Shown in pieces: positions 36,673 through 45,961 of a stretch of DNA of 64,000 nt (its first letter is position 1; each line of letters begins with the position of its first letter). The stretch covers positions 69,646-133,645 of the forward strand of contig CALXLC010000033.1 of the NCBI GenBank assembly GCA_944389095.1, read 5' to 3'. Source of the DNA: an uncultured Alphaproteobacteria bacterium (GTDB lineage Bacteria; Pseudomonadota; Alphaproteobacteria; RF32; CAG-239). The notes under the pieces were generated by a model that was given only the letters and a program-made list of their open reading frames with translations, was not told where the DNA came from and made no database searches. The position numbers were made by a program, and so were the translations under genes.

Positions 36673-37461
36673 TCAAAATTCTATTTTCATTCCGTCCCAA
36701 GCCGGAGTGGCATGCGGCGGCGTCGCTTTATCCACGGCATCAAAATCACATTCGCTGGCCATATGGTTAATAATAGCCCGGCGCGGGTTAATTTTTTCTA
36801 TATACATCAGAATATCATCCAGCCCGGCATGAAACCGCTGGCCAAACGGCGTGGTCAGAGGCAAGACCAAAATTTCCGGCCGGCGGCCGATGTAGTTGAA
36901 AGCCATATCCTCGATGTGTCGAAAGTCGGCAATATGTACGACCTGTCCGTCGTTAAAAATATATCCGGTACAGGGTGCGTTATGCCCAATCAGCTTAATC
37001 GGCGTTATTTTTACGTCTTTGACGTAAAACGGTTCGTAATGCGCGACATTATGTGCTATCAGGCACGGGCGGCGCAGACATTCGCTGGCATCGTCTTCAT
37101 CACAGATGAGGTAAGGGAAACGGCTGCGGATATCATTCATGGTCTCGGCATGTCCGTATAAATGCAGTGTTGTTCTGCTGATGCGGTTGATTTCGCGCAA
37201 ATCGTCTATTCCGTGCAGATGATCGGCATGAGAATGGGTATACAGCACACCGTCAAGCCGCCTGATTTGGTTGTTTATCAGCTGCAGGCGCAAGTCCGGC
37301 GAGGTGTCCACCAAAATTTCGGTTGTTCCGAATTTATAATAGGTCGAAGTGCGGCTGCGGCGGTTCTTGGAATTTTGCGGATTACAGTCTCCCCAACCGC
37401 AGCTGAGGGAAGGAACACCGGGAGCGGCGCCCGCTCCTAAAGTGATTATGCAATCAGTCAT
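36673..37461 (-). CDS. MBL-fold metallo-hydrolase (PhnP-like)
   Basis: 262 aa with HSHADHLHG (HxHxDH). Overlaps the tatD stop by 8 nt. Confidence 0.85.
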   Translation of the reverse strand: MTDCIITLGAGAAPGVPSLSCGWGDCNPQNSKNRRSRTSTYYKFGTTEILVDTSPDLRLQLINNQIRRLDGVLYTHSHADHLHGIDDLREINRISRTTLHLYGHAETMNDIRSRFPYLICDEDDASECLRRPCLIAHNVAHYEPFYVKDVKITPIKLIGHNAPCTGYIFNDGQVVHIADFRHIEDMAFNYIGRRPEILVLPLTTPFGQRFHAGLDDILMYIEKINPRRAIINHMASECDFDAVDKATPPHATPAWDGMKIEF

Positions 37462-38257
37462 TGCAAAAATCCCTCCGCCCCTTGTCGCTGGCTTTTCGGA
37501 AAAGATTGCAGAAATTGTCAGAGGTCAGCTGCGCAATTTTTTCAAACGGCAATCCCCGAATTTGCGCTAATTTTTCGGCCATATGAATCACAAAAGACGG
37601 CTCATTGCGGCGGCCGCGTTTGGGAATTGGCGCCAGAAAAGGAGAATCTGTTTCCACCAGCAGCCGTTCCGGCGGAACATCCGCAAATATTTCACGAAGT
37701 TCGGCACATTTATTGAAGGTAATCATGCCCGATGCGGAAAGGTAAAATCCTATGGAGAGGGCAAAATCCGCCAATTTGCGGGAAGAACTGAAACAGTGAA
37801 TCATGCCGGCAAAAGGCTTGTTCCGATATGCTTCGTCCAGAACGGACATCATATCCTCATCCGATTCACGATTATGTATAATCAGCGGCAGGCCGCTTTC
37901 CTGCGCGGCCTTAATATGTTCCCGGAGCAATTTTATCTGCAGGTCGCGCGGCGCATAGTCATAATAATAATCCAGACCGGTTTCACCGATACCTATAATT
38001 TTTTTGTGGCCGACGTGCGCCAACAAATCTGCTGCCGTCAGATCGGGATATTCCTGCGCATTATGCGGATGGACGCCGACCGCGGCATAAATAAAAGGAT
38101 ATCTTTCAGATAATTCAAGCTGGTTGGGCAGCTCGTCCAGATTGTTTCCGGCATTAAGCATCATATTGACGCCGCATTCACGCGCCCGGTCGATGATTTC
38201 ATCCATATCGTCTTCAAAATCGTTAAAATCCAAATGACAATGACTGTCAACCAGCAT
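37454..38257 (-). CDS. tatD: TatD-family metal-dependent hydrolase/DNase
   Basis: 267 aa. N-terminal DSHCHLDF, IGETGLDYYY, HCFS and ETDSPFL. Confidence 0.9.
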   Translation of the reverse strand: MLVDSHCHLDFNDFEDDMDEIIDRARECGVNMMLNAGNNLDELPNQLELSERYPFIYAAVGVHPHNAQEYPDLTAADLLAHVGHKKIIGIGETGLDYYYDYAPRDLQIKLLREHIKAAQESGLPLIIHNRESDEDMMSVLDEAYRNKPFAGMIHCFSSSRKLADFALSIGFYLSASGMITFNKCAELREIFADVPPERLLVETDSPFLAPIPKRGRRNEPSFVIHMAEKLAQIRGLPFEKIAQLTSDNFCNLFRKASDKGRRDFCND

Positions 38258-38264
38258 GGTATCC

Positions 38265-39326
38265 TCATATATGTTTGCAAATATTGACTATTATATTAAT
38301 TAACGCCTGCTTTTTATCAAGATTTAAGCGGTCGGTTTCCGAAAAAACTTTCACGGCATTGTCCCAGCAGTCGGCATAGGCGACGATATTCGATGTCCGC
38401 TTGACGTTTTCGCTCAAAAATTTCAGCAGCAGTTCCCGGGTCAGATTATAGCTCTCTTCATTGACAACCGCCGCATTGCAGAAATCCAACACACCGCTTA
38501 TGGTAAAATTTTTGCCGCTTTGCAAAAGCCGACACAATTCATCATAACGTCCGGCGGCATTATTGTCCACATAATTCAGCGCTTTGCCGATGCTTCCGGA
38601 AGAAATGGCAACGATTTTTTTGATTTCCGGTTCGGGCAAATCCGGACGATAGCGCCGTAAAAGGCTGGCGACGCAAGCATCAGTGAGCGGCTTCAGTTCA
38701 AGTTTGGCGCAGCGTGATTTTATGGTCGGCAGCAGACGGTTGGGATTATGGCTGATCAGCAGCATTAACGTTTTTGACGGCGGTTCCTCGAGAATTTTGA
38801 GGACGGCATTGGCCGAAGCCGAATTCATGTCGTCAATGCTGTCAATAATTACGACACGCCACCCGTCTCCCGAAGAGTGTTTTGACAGGAATTCGTTAAT
38901 AGTGCGAACATCGTCTATCCTGATGAAGGCAGATTTTTTCAAATCTTTCAGTTCTTCGGCGCTGAGCCGTTCGCCGTCATTAATCGCCTTGACGACTTTG
39001 CGGCGGTCGGTTTCGGTAAAGTCTCTCTCTATGATTTTCAAATCGGGATGCGCATTGTTGGCAACCAGCTTAAAAATCTGAGAATCAGGAGAAATATCCA
39101 ACCCGGTGCAGCTTTCGGCCCTGCTTTCATCCGCGGACAACAAAAAACGGGCCAGCTTGTAAGCCAGCGTCGCTTTTCCTATTCCTTCAATTCCGGAAAT
39201 CAGCCATGAATTGTGCAGTGCATGGTTTTTCCAGGCTGACAAAAACATTTGCTCGGCATTTTCATGTCCCAAAAGATAAGGATTGTTTCGCGGCGATAAT
39301 TCGGACGATGATATTTCTTCGCTCAT
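38265..39326 (-). CDS. holB: DNA polymerase III subunit delta'
   Basis: 353 aa. AAA+ clamp-loader pattern (LISGIEGIGKATLAYKLARFLL, VVIIDSIDDMNSASANAVLKILEEPP, SRC motif PTIKSRC). Confidence 0.88.
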   Translation of the reverse strand: MSEEISSSELSPRNNPYLLGHENAEQMFLSAWKNHALHNSWLISGIEGIGKATLAYKLARFLLSADESRAESCTGLDISPDSQIFKLVANNAHPDLKIIERDFTETDRRKVVKAINDGERLSAEELKDLKKSAFIRIDDVRTINEFLSKHSSGDGWRVVIIDSIDDMNSASANAVLKILEEPPSKTLMLLISHNPNRLLPTIKSRCAKLELKPLTDACVASLLRRYRPDLPEPEIKKIVAISSGSIGKALNYVDNNAAGRYDELCRLLQSGKNFTISGVLDFCNAAVVNEESYNLTRELLLKFLSENVKRTSNIVAYADCWDNAVKVFSETDRLNLDKKQALINIIVNICKHI

Positions 39327-40057
39327 TTGTTCAATCCGAACCTTTCAGCAACCAAGCCGATAATATCCTGATGCAGAGCCTCAATGCTTTTGTCGGCATT
39401 AAGGACAACACAGCGTTCCGGTTCGCGTGCGGCGATTTCTAAAAAGCCCTGCCGCATTTTGTGATGAAAATCAAGTTCCCGGCTTTCAAATCTGGTTTCT
39501 TTTACGGTCATGCCGACGGCTTTGGCAAAAGACCGTTGCAGTCCGATTTTGGGATCAATGTCCAATATAACGGTTAAATCCGGTTTGAAATTACCGACGG
39601 CAATTGTATACATATCCTTAAGCGTCTCAAAAGGAATACGCTTATCATAGCCGTAATATTGATATGCCACGGTTGAATCGGCAAAGCGATCGCTCAACAC
39701 CCAGGTACCTTTTTTCAGCGCCGGCCAGACTTTGTTGGTCAGATGAATTCGGCGGTCGGCATAATAAAGCAATACTTCCGCCACGGCATCCATTTTATTT
39801 TTATCACCGGTTACCAAAAGCCGGCGCAGTTCAGAACCAATCTCGGTTCCGCCAGGCTCCTTGGTGGTGATATTGTTGATGTGTTTTTGCTTCAGCCATT
39901 CCGACAGAAGATTAAGCTGAGTTGATTTTCCGGTTCCTTCCCCGCCTTCAAAAGTAATGAAACGGCCGGCCGGAATAAGGGCTTCCAGACCCAAATCAAG
40001 CTGGCGGGAAGTTTCGTTTTGGTCAAAGGTGATAAATTTTCCTTTGATGGATTCCAT
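39323..40057 (-). CDS. tmk: dTMP kinase with ~25-aa N-terminal extension
   Basis: FITFEGGEGTGKSTQ P-loop, DRFADST and LDIDP. The ATG overlaps the upstream stop (TAATG). Confidence 0.9.
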   Translation of the reverse strand: MESIKGKFITFDQNETSRQLDLGLEALIPAGRFITFEGGEGTGKSTQLNLLSEWLKQKHINNITTKEPGGTEIGSELRRLLVTGDKNKMDAVAEVLLYYADRRIHLTNKVWPALKKGTWVLSDRFADSTVAYQYYGYDKRIPFETLKDMYTIAVGNFKPDLTVILDIDPKIGLQRSFAKAVGMTVKETRFESRELDFHHKMRQGFLEIAAREPERCVVLNADKSIEALHQDIIGLVAERFGLNK

Positions 40058-41211
40058 TATTCGGCTCCAAACAACAGATATTTGAAGTTACGGCTAACTC
40101 TGCCCCAGAAACCGACTTTTTCAACCGTTTCGGCGGCGACCAGTGGTATTCCCAATTCTTCGCTTCCGGGAATTTCGGCCCTGATGAAGCCCAGCTGCTG
40201 GCCCTGCTTGACGGGTGCCTTGACCGGTTTGTCATAAACAGCCGTCAGTTTGACTTCGTTTCGTCTGTTTTTTTGCACCGTGCGGACGACATCTTCGGGA
40301 ACAATCATATCAACGGTGTCTTTTTGACCGAACCATACCGGAACAGAAGCAATTTTGGTGTCTTTTTTAACTATGGCGTAGTTGTCAAACTCACGAAAAC
40401 CCCAGTTCATAATTTTATCGGCTTCTTCGGAGCGTTCCTTGTTGGAGTTTAATCCGGTCATGACGCCGATCAAACGACGGTCTCCTCTTTTGGCTGAGGC
40501 CGTCAGACAATATCCGGCCTCTTCGGTATGACCGGTTTTCAGTCCGTCGGCGGACGGCATACTGTACAAAAGCGGATTCCGATTGCCCTGACGGATGTTG
40601 TGATATACAAATTCTTTTTGTGAAAACAGATGATAATACTGCGGGAAACGGCTAATCAGCAACCGGGCCAGCTTGGCCAGATCTTCCACGGACATCCGGT
40701 GATCGGGGTGCGGCAATCCCGTTGCATTGGCAAAAGTTGAATTGTTTAAACCGAGTTCGCGGGCTTTTTTGTTCATTTCCTCGGCAAAATCTTCTTCGCT
40801 TCCGGAGAGATTTTCGGCCGCAACAATGCAGGCATCGTTTCCGGATTGAATGATAATTCCTTTTAACAAATCCTCTACCCGGACCTTGTCACCGATGGAC
40901 AGAAACATGGTGGAGCCGCCGCTGGCCGCGCCGCCTTTGCGCCAGGCGTTTTCGCTGACGGTAAACGTATCGTCCAGCGACAGGCTGCCGTCAGTCAGTT
41001 TTTCAAACAAAATATATACCGTCATCAACTTGCTCATGGATGCCGGCGGAATTTTTTTGTCGGCTTCTTTGGCATAAAGCGCCTGTCCGGTGTCGTAGTC
41101 CATTAAAATTACGTTTCTGGCCTTGCTTTCAATCGCCTGAGCCGAAAAAGAAAACAACATCACGCCGCTCAACAGCGCCGCGTTTAACGACATTTTGAAA
41201 CGAGAATTCAT
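40057..41211 (-). CDS. D-alanyl-D-alanine carboxypeptidase (PBP5/6 class serine peptidase)
   Basis: SMSKLMT (SxxK), SGND and KTGHT motifs plus a signal peptide. Start set to ATG 41211 behind GAGGT. The track uses an upstream TTG. Confidence 0.9.
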   Translation of the reverse strand: MNSRFKMSLNAALLSGVMLFSFSAQAIESKARNVILMDYDTGQALYAKEADKKIPPASMSKLMTVYILFEKLTDGSLSLDDTFTVSENAWRKGGAASGGSTMFLSIGDKVRVEDLLKGIIIQSGNDACIVAAENLSGSEEDFAEEMNKKARELGLNNSTFANATGLPHPDHRMSVEDLAKLARLLISRFPQYYHLFSQKEFVYHNIRQGNRNPLLYSMPSADGLKTGHTEEAGYCLTASAKRGDRRLIGVMTGLNSNKERSEEADKIMNWGFREFDNYAIVKKDTKIASVPVWFGQKDTVDMIVPEDVVRTVQKNRRNEVKLTAVYDKPVKAPVKQGQQLGFIRAEIPGSEELGIPLVAAETVEKVGFWGRVSRNFKYLLFGAE

Positions 41212-41230
41212 TTTTACCTCTTGCAATCAA

Positions 41231-42133
41231 CTAATCTTGTACAACAGCGGCATTATAAATGCCAAAATTTTTGACTTTGGCCAAAGCCACTTTGGCTTCC
41301 TGCTGACGGCTGAACGGCCCGACCCGGACGCGGTAAAATTTTTGTCCGTCAACATCCACATAATAAACATTGGAATCTCCAAACTTTGTCAGCTGGGCAC
41401 TGAGATTTTGCGCCGAAGTCTTTCGGGTATAAGCACCGGCCTGAACAAACCAGCTGCCTTTCGGATAAGATTTTACGGCGTTTTGATTCGACGCCTGTTG
41501 AGAGCCCTGATAACCGACGGCGCGCAGCGGCTCATAGGTTTCGCCGCCGGAATTTTGCACGGCGACATTGGATGCAACCTGAACGGCTGCCGCACTTCCT
41601 TCTTCGCCAAGAAGCGCCGCTTTTAGTTCTTTGCTTTCTTTTTCAAGAATTTCAACGCGGACTTTGGCCGTGCCTTTGGTTTGGAAACCTAACAGCTGGG
41701 CGCTGCGTTTTGAGACATCTATAATGCGGTTCTTTGCATAAGGGCCTCGGTCATTAACGCGCAAGACCAAAGAGCGTCCGTTTTCCAGATTAGTCACCCT
41801 GACGATTGACGGTAAAGGCAGCGTCCGGTGCGCGGCGGTGAGCGTGTTCATGTCAAAATTTTCGCCGTTGGCCGTTTTTTTGGCATGAAAATCTTCGCCG
41901 TACCAGGAAGCCTCGCCGACTTCGGAGTAATTATAATCCTCTTGCGGATAATACCAGGTTCCCATGATTTTGTAAGGCGTTCCAACTTTATAGGTTCCGC
42001 CCTGCCCTTTAATGGCGGCCGCCTGTGAATATTTTCCGCTTCCGGCGTCAATGCGTCCGTAAGTGCAGGCGTTTAACATTGCAGCCGCGGCAAGCAGCAC
42101 GACCGGAAGAAAGTTTCGTTTGTTCTTGTTCAT
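41231..42133 (-). CDS. rlpA: septal ring lytic transglycosylase RlpA with C-terminal SPOR domain
   Basis: Lipobox MLNAC, DPBB core GEASWYGEDFHAKKTANGENFDMN...VRVTNLENGRSLVLRVNDRGP, and a SPOR-like tail. Start set to ATG 42133. Confidence 0.88.
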   Translation of the reverse strand: MNKNKRNFLPVVLLAAAAMLNACTYGRIDAGSGKYSQAAAIKGQGGTYKVGTPYKIMGTWYYPQEDYNYSEVGEASWYGEDFHAKKTANGENFDMNTLTAAHRTLPLPSIVRVTNLENGRSLVLRVNDRGPYAKNRIIDVSKRSAQLLGFQTKGTAKVRVEILEKESKELKAALLGEEGSAAAVQVASNVAVQNSGGETYEPLRAVGYQGSQQASNQNAVKSYPKGSWFVQAGAYTRKTSAQNLSAQLTKFGDSNVYYVDVDGQKFYRVRVGPFSRQQEAKVALAKVKNFGIYNAAVVQD

Positions 42134-42199
42134 TGCGTTCCCATTAGTCAAAATTTATTTGCAGACAATCTACACTGTTTTCCGCGTTTCGTAAAGCGA

Positions 42200-43474
42200 T
42201 TAATTGGCCTTGTGTAATTTTCGGTCCGGAACCGGAACGGCAAAACCAATTTGCGGATCGTAATTATTGATTTTTTGCAGCAGACGATAGTCGGGATAAC
42301 CGTCCTGGGGCATTCTCGCTTCCTTTTGGACCTTTTTGACGGCTTCGCGGGTTTTGCTTCCAAGCTGACCGTCCTCTTCCAACTTTCCAAATCCGAGTTT
42401 GTTGATAAAGGCCTGTATTTTTATGATATCATCAGTTTTCAAACGGACCGACGGGCGATTTTCAACCGGTTTCCAGGGGCGGTCATCCGTCAGGTATGAG
42501 GCCAAAATGCCGACGGCCAGCGCATAGTTTTCCGAGCGGTTCCACTGCATGATTTTTCTGAAATTGTTTAAAATCAGGTAGGCTTTGCCGTTACGTCCTT
42601 CGGGAAGGATGACCGATGCCTTTTGTTCCGTTTTGAAAGGCAATTTGCGGTTACCGGCGGTTCGCACTCCGGCTTTGTTCCATTCTCCGACGGTTTTGGT
42701 CTGTCCGCGTCCGGTCTGCGAAAAGTCAAAATTCCAAGGAAGGCTGACTTCCGTTCCCCAGGGCGCCTCGCCGTCCCACCCCAAAGATGACAGATAATTG
42801 GCCGCAGAGGCAGCGGCATCCTCAAACGAATGCCAGATGTCTATCTGATTATCACCGTTAAAGTCAACGGCGTAGGCATTGAACGTCGACGGCATAAACT
42901 GAAAATGTCCCATGGCACCGGCCCATGATCCCTGCATTTTGGTGTAATCTATTTTCCAGGTATCAATAATTTTTAAGGCCTCAAACAACTGGTTGCGAAA
43001 GAAAACCGGCCGCCGTTTGTCATAGCTGAGCGTGGTCAGGGCATCTATGGTATTAAAACCTCCGAAATTAGTTCCGAAATTGGTTTCCACACCCCAAAAG
43101 GCTATCAGATATTCCGGCTGAACATTATATTTTTTTCGGATTTCTTCAAGCAGCGGTTTTAATTCGCGGTAATGTTTCCGCGCCAGTTCCACGCGTTTTT
43201 TGTTGACGACACGATTGATGTAATCCGTTGATGTCAGGATAAATTCCGTCTGACGGCGATCGATTTTAACCACTTCCGGCCTGCGATGATAAAAATCCTG
43301 CGCATAGACGGTTTCTATGGTTTCTTCGGAGATTCCCCTTTTTATCATGTCCTGTTTCAGTTCCTCCAGCCAGGCCAGATATTCCGGCGGTGCAAAGCTG
43401 GTTACATTGGCGCAGGCCGCCGTTGACAAAGACAAAAATACTCCCAAAGCAATAACCGATACTGATGCGCGCAT
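42200..43474 (-). CDS. mltB: lytic murein transglycosylase (MltB family) with C-terminal peptidoglycan-binding domain
   Basis: 424 aa. GVETNFG, GAMGHFQFMPSTF, and a PG_binding_1-like tail (IQAFINKLGF...DGQLGSKTREAVKKVQ). Confidence 0.85.
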   Translation of the reverse strand: MRASVSVIALGVFLSLSTAACANVTSFAPPEYLAWLEELKQDMIKRGISEETIETVYAQDFYHRRPEVVKIDRRQTEFILTSTDYINRVVNKKRVELARKHYRELKPLLEEIRKKYNVQPEYLIAFWGVETNFGTNFGGFNTIDALTTLSYDKRRPVFFRNQLFEALKIIDTWKIDYTKMQGSWAGAMGHFQFMPSTFNAYAVDFNGDNQIDIWHSFEDAAASAANYLSSLGWDGEAPWGTEVSLPWNFDFSQTGRGQTKTVGEWNKAGVRTAGNRKLPFKTEQKASVILPEGRNGKAYLILNNFRKIMQWNRSENYALAVGILASYLTDDRPWKPVENRPSVRLKTDDIIKIQAFINKLGFGKLEEDGQLGSKTREAVKKVQKEARMPQDGYPDYRLLQKINNYDPQIGFAVPVPDRKLHKAN

Positions 43475-43544
43475 TTTCTACAACCTTGAAAAAACAAATT
43501 GCGGTAATTATAACACCGATGTGTAAACAAATTATAAAAAACGC

Positions 43545-43573
43545 TTGACGTGCCTTAAAGTTTCGAGTAAAAG
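43545..43573 (+). promoter_or_regulatory. putative promoter of tRNA-Ser
   Basis: TTGACG (43545-43550), 17-nt spacer, TAAAAG (43568-43573). Confidence 0.3.
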
Positions 43574-43603
43574 CGATTTTGAACGGATGACGCGTTTTGT
43601 CTT

Positions 43604-43693
43604 GGAGAGGTGGCAGAGCGGTTTAATGCAGCGGTCTTGAAAACCGTCGTGGGCGCGAGCCCACCGGGAGTTCGAATCTCCCCCTCTCCGCCA
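43604..43693 (+). tRNA. tRNA-Ser (anticodon UGA)
   Basis: GGAGAGGTGGCAGAGCGGTTTAATGCAGCGGTCTTGAAAACCGTCGTGGGCGCGAGCCCACCGGGAGTTCGAATCTCCCCCTCTCCGCCA. Long variable arm, anticodon loop CTTGAAA, and CCA is encoded. Confidence 0.93.
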
Positions 43694-43699
43694 GTTTCA

Positions 43700-43738
43700 A
43701 AAGAGTATTTCCCGACGGAAGTGCTCTTTTTTTTATTT
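43700..43738 (+). terminator. terminator of tRNA-Ser
   Basis: 12-bp stem 43701-43712 / 43717-43728 (includes two G-U pairs) with loop CGAC, followed by T8. Confidence 0.75.
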
Positions 43739-43836
43739 TGCCGGGTAAAAATTGTGACGCAAAAGAAATGTTTTACGGCTGCCGGCTCCGTGGAGAGACA
43801 ATAAGGCCAAATATCGGTTTATTCCCAAAGGCGGGC

Positions 43837-44436
43837 TTATCTGCGGCTGACAAAGGGATTGTCTTTGATATAAAACCGCCAGAGCTTGTCCTTATACTCT
43901 TCGGCATAGTCAATTCCTATTCTGGGCGCGGCAACAATCTGCGGGGTTTCCGTCCGGGGAGAAATCCACAATTCGCTGCCTGTCAGGCTGATGCCGTCAT
44001 GTTCTTTTCTGGTAATGCCGAGAGCCTGGCATAGCTTGCCTGGACCCGTGGTCAGATTGCGTATATCCGGCGTTTTGCGACGTTGACACATTGTTTCAAT
44101 CCCGGACAAAGGCTCCAAAGAGCGAATCAAAATTGCGTTGGCCGTTCCTTCCGGTCCGGCAACGACGTTAAACTGATTGTACATACCATAGACAAAGAAG
44201 ACATACGCGCAGCCTCCGGCACGAAACATTGTGGCCGTGCGCGGCGTCAGTTTATTCGGGTACGCATGACAGGCCTTATCGCAACTGCCAATATAGACCT
44301 CCAGTTCCGTGATTTTTCCGGCCGTCAGATGGCCATCGATACGGGAACACAGAGAGGCGCCGAGCAGATGTTTTTGCGCTAATTCGAAAGCGTCCAGATT
44401 GTATATTGAAGCGGTTAAACGTTGTGAAAAATTCAT
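43837..44436 (-). CDS. mpg: DNA-3-methyladenine glycosylase (MPG/AAG family)
   Basis: 199 aa. GKITELEVYIGSCDKACHAY...MFRAGGCAYVFFVYGMYNQFNVV is typical of the family. Confidence 0.85.
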   Translation of the reverse strand: MNFSQRLTASIYNLDAFELAQKHLLGASLCSRIDGHLTAGKITELEVYIGSCDKACHAYPNKLTPRTATMFRAGGCAYVFFVYGMYNQFNVVAGPEGTANAILIRSLEPLSGIETMCQRRKTPDIRNLTTGPGKLCQALGITRKEHDGISLTGSELWISPRTETPQIVAAPRIGIDYAEEYKDKLWRFYIKDNPFVSRR

Positions 44437-45347
44437 CTTTTGTTCTGAAATTTATTTTGGCTTGTATTGTATAACACAAAGCCCAAGAATATCAAGATTT
44501 TTTCCTTGCGGGAAATTTTGACCTTCAGAAAATTTTTCAAAGTTTTTTTCAAATACCAAGACAGCAGTTGACGGAAGCTGAGCAATTCAACATTCATTCC
44601 GGTTCGGGAAACTTTTTTCCCCTGATATTTTTTGAATAGCAGCCGCAGTTTTGTCTCCGGCAGGTTTATCAGATTTCCTAAAGCCGGCGCGTCCAGAGCC
44701 CCACCGTGCGCGGCAGTTTTAACATTCAAAAAAACAACGTCCGGAAGTTTTTCCATTTTATGAAAATTTGGATGATCCGCCTGACATTCTGCGGCCTCTA
44801 TTTGAAAAACTTCCGTTTTGCTGTTTTTTAAAAGTTGAAAAATGTCAAAATATTTAAAACTTTCGTCCTTTTTCCAATTTACCCATTTGGGGCTTTGCGG
44901 AAAATTATCATGGTATCCGGACAAATCTACCATACCAGATTCCGAAATAACATATTTCGCCCCCAGCTTGGCTCCCGCCAGCATGGCCATGTATCCTCCG
45001 CCCGATATTCCCAGCGTTATTATTTTGTACCCTTTAGTCAAAGAGGCCAGCAGTTTGATAATTTTTTCAATGCTATTGCATTTGGCGTTGATGCCGTTTA
45101 AGTAAAATATCTGGCAGACATCACGGACATAAATATGACGCCCGGCTCGACGGATCGGATTGCGGTGAAATTCATAATAATCGGAATTTAAGCGCCGAAA
45201 ACAGCTTTTGGGAGAATACAACCCCATGCTTGAAAAATAAATTACGGCCAGATCGGGGTCTTCAGCCCGGGGATTGTCCTCGACTTTGAAATTTTTCTTT
45301 GTGTCATAAAATTGTTTGATAAATTCTTCCTGCCGGTTCATTTTCAA
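44433..45347 (-). CDS. putative alpha/beta-hydrolase-fold protein
   Basis: 304 aa with a nucleophile-elbow-like LGISGGGYMAML. AT-rich. The last ~35 codons read through promoter-like sequence and overlap the mpg start by 4 nt. Confidence 0.5.
   Translation of the reverse strand: MKMNRQEEFIKQFYDTKKNFKVEDNPRAEDPDLAVIYFSSMGLYSPKSCFRRLNSDYYEFHRNPIRRAGRHIYVRDVCQIFYLNGINAKCNSIEKIIKLLASLTKGYKIITLGISGGGYMAMLAGAKLGAKYVISESGMVDLSGYHDNFPQSPKWVNWKKDESFKYFDIFQLLKNSKTEVFQIEAAECQADHPNFHKMEKLPDVVFLNVKTAAHGGALDAPALGNLINLPETKLRLLFKKYQGKKVSRTGMNVELLSFRQLLSWYLKKTLKNFLKVKISRKEKILIFLGFVLYNTSQNKFQNKR
44468..44495 (-). promoter_or_regulatory. putative extended -10 promoter for mpg, embedded in the 3' end of the upstream ORF
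   Basis: Minus strand: TTGATA (44495-44490), 16-nt spacer ending TGT, TATACA (44473-44468). Confidence 0.3.
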
Positions 45348-45522
45348 TAGTCCTCTTCAGGAAGATAACATTTAATAATTACAAACTAAAGACAAAAAAA
45401 AGCAATTATTAACATTAAAATTTATCAGAAAAATCATCTGTAATTGTTTTTTCGCCCAGATGTTGTGCGCTTTTTGAACTTTTGACAGGCACAGGCCGCC
45501 AAGGCCAGAACGGCGACAACTT

Positions 45523-45933
45523 TTAAAAATCCCATATGTTTTCTCCCGTACTGACGACACAGTCATCGCCGTTAAAACTGAAATTTGAAACAATGCCGTC
45601 GGTAATTGTAAAAGTCGTCTGACAATAGTAATCATTGCTTTCTGACTGTGACGGAAAACCGAAATCCGGTGTTTCTATTGCGGCATAATGCACTTCATAC
45701 CCCGCATACGGCCGGGTGTCTCCGTTGCGCGGCCGACCGGAAATTTCCAGATAGGTCACTATTTTGGTTTGCGGCGTCAGATGATAAACCGTGTGCGGTA
45801 TTCCCCAAGACTGCTGCAGTCTTGTTTCTGTCTGTCCTATCCACGGTCTGAGCGTATCGGCATAAGTTATCCGTTCTGTCGCGCAACCTGCCGCTATCAA
45901 AAAACAGACGCCCGGATATAAAAACTTCTTCAT
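45523..45933 (-). CDS. small lipoprotein of unknown function
   Basis: 136 aa. Lipobox FLIAAGC after a short signal sequence. Confidence 0.6.
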   Translation of the reverse strand: MKKFLYPGVCFLIAAGCATERITYADTLRPWIGQTETRLQQSWGIPHTVYHLTPQTKIVTYLEISGRPRNGDTRPYAGYEVHYAAIETPDFGFPSQSESNDYYCQTTFTITDGIVSNFSFNGDDCVVSTGENIWDF

Positions 45934-45961
45934 GATGCTTTCCCCCTTGCGGAGGATTTAA

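Noticed and set aside
43610-43804. 64-aa ORF overlapping tRNA-Ser
   Set aside because: It is made of the tRNA sequence and its terminator. The tRNA cloverleaf is unambiguous.
45372-45635. 87-aa ORF overlapping the 3' end of the lipoprotein gene and the spacer
   Set aside because: Its start lies inside the lipoprotein CDS with no SD, and the sequence is AT-rich spacer translation. It is unlikely to be a gene.
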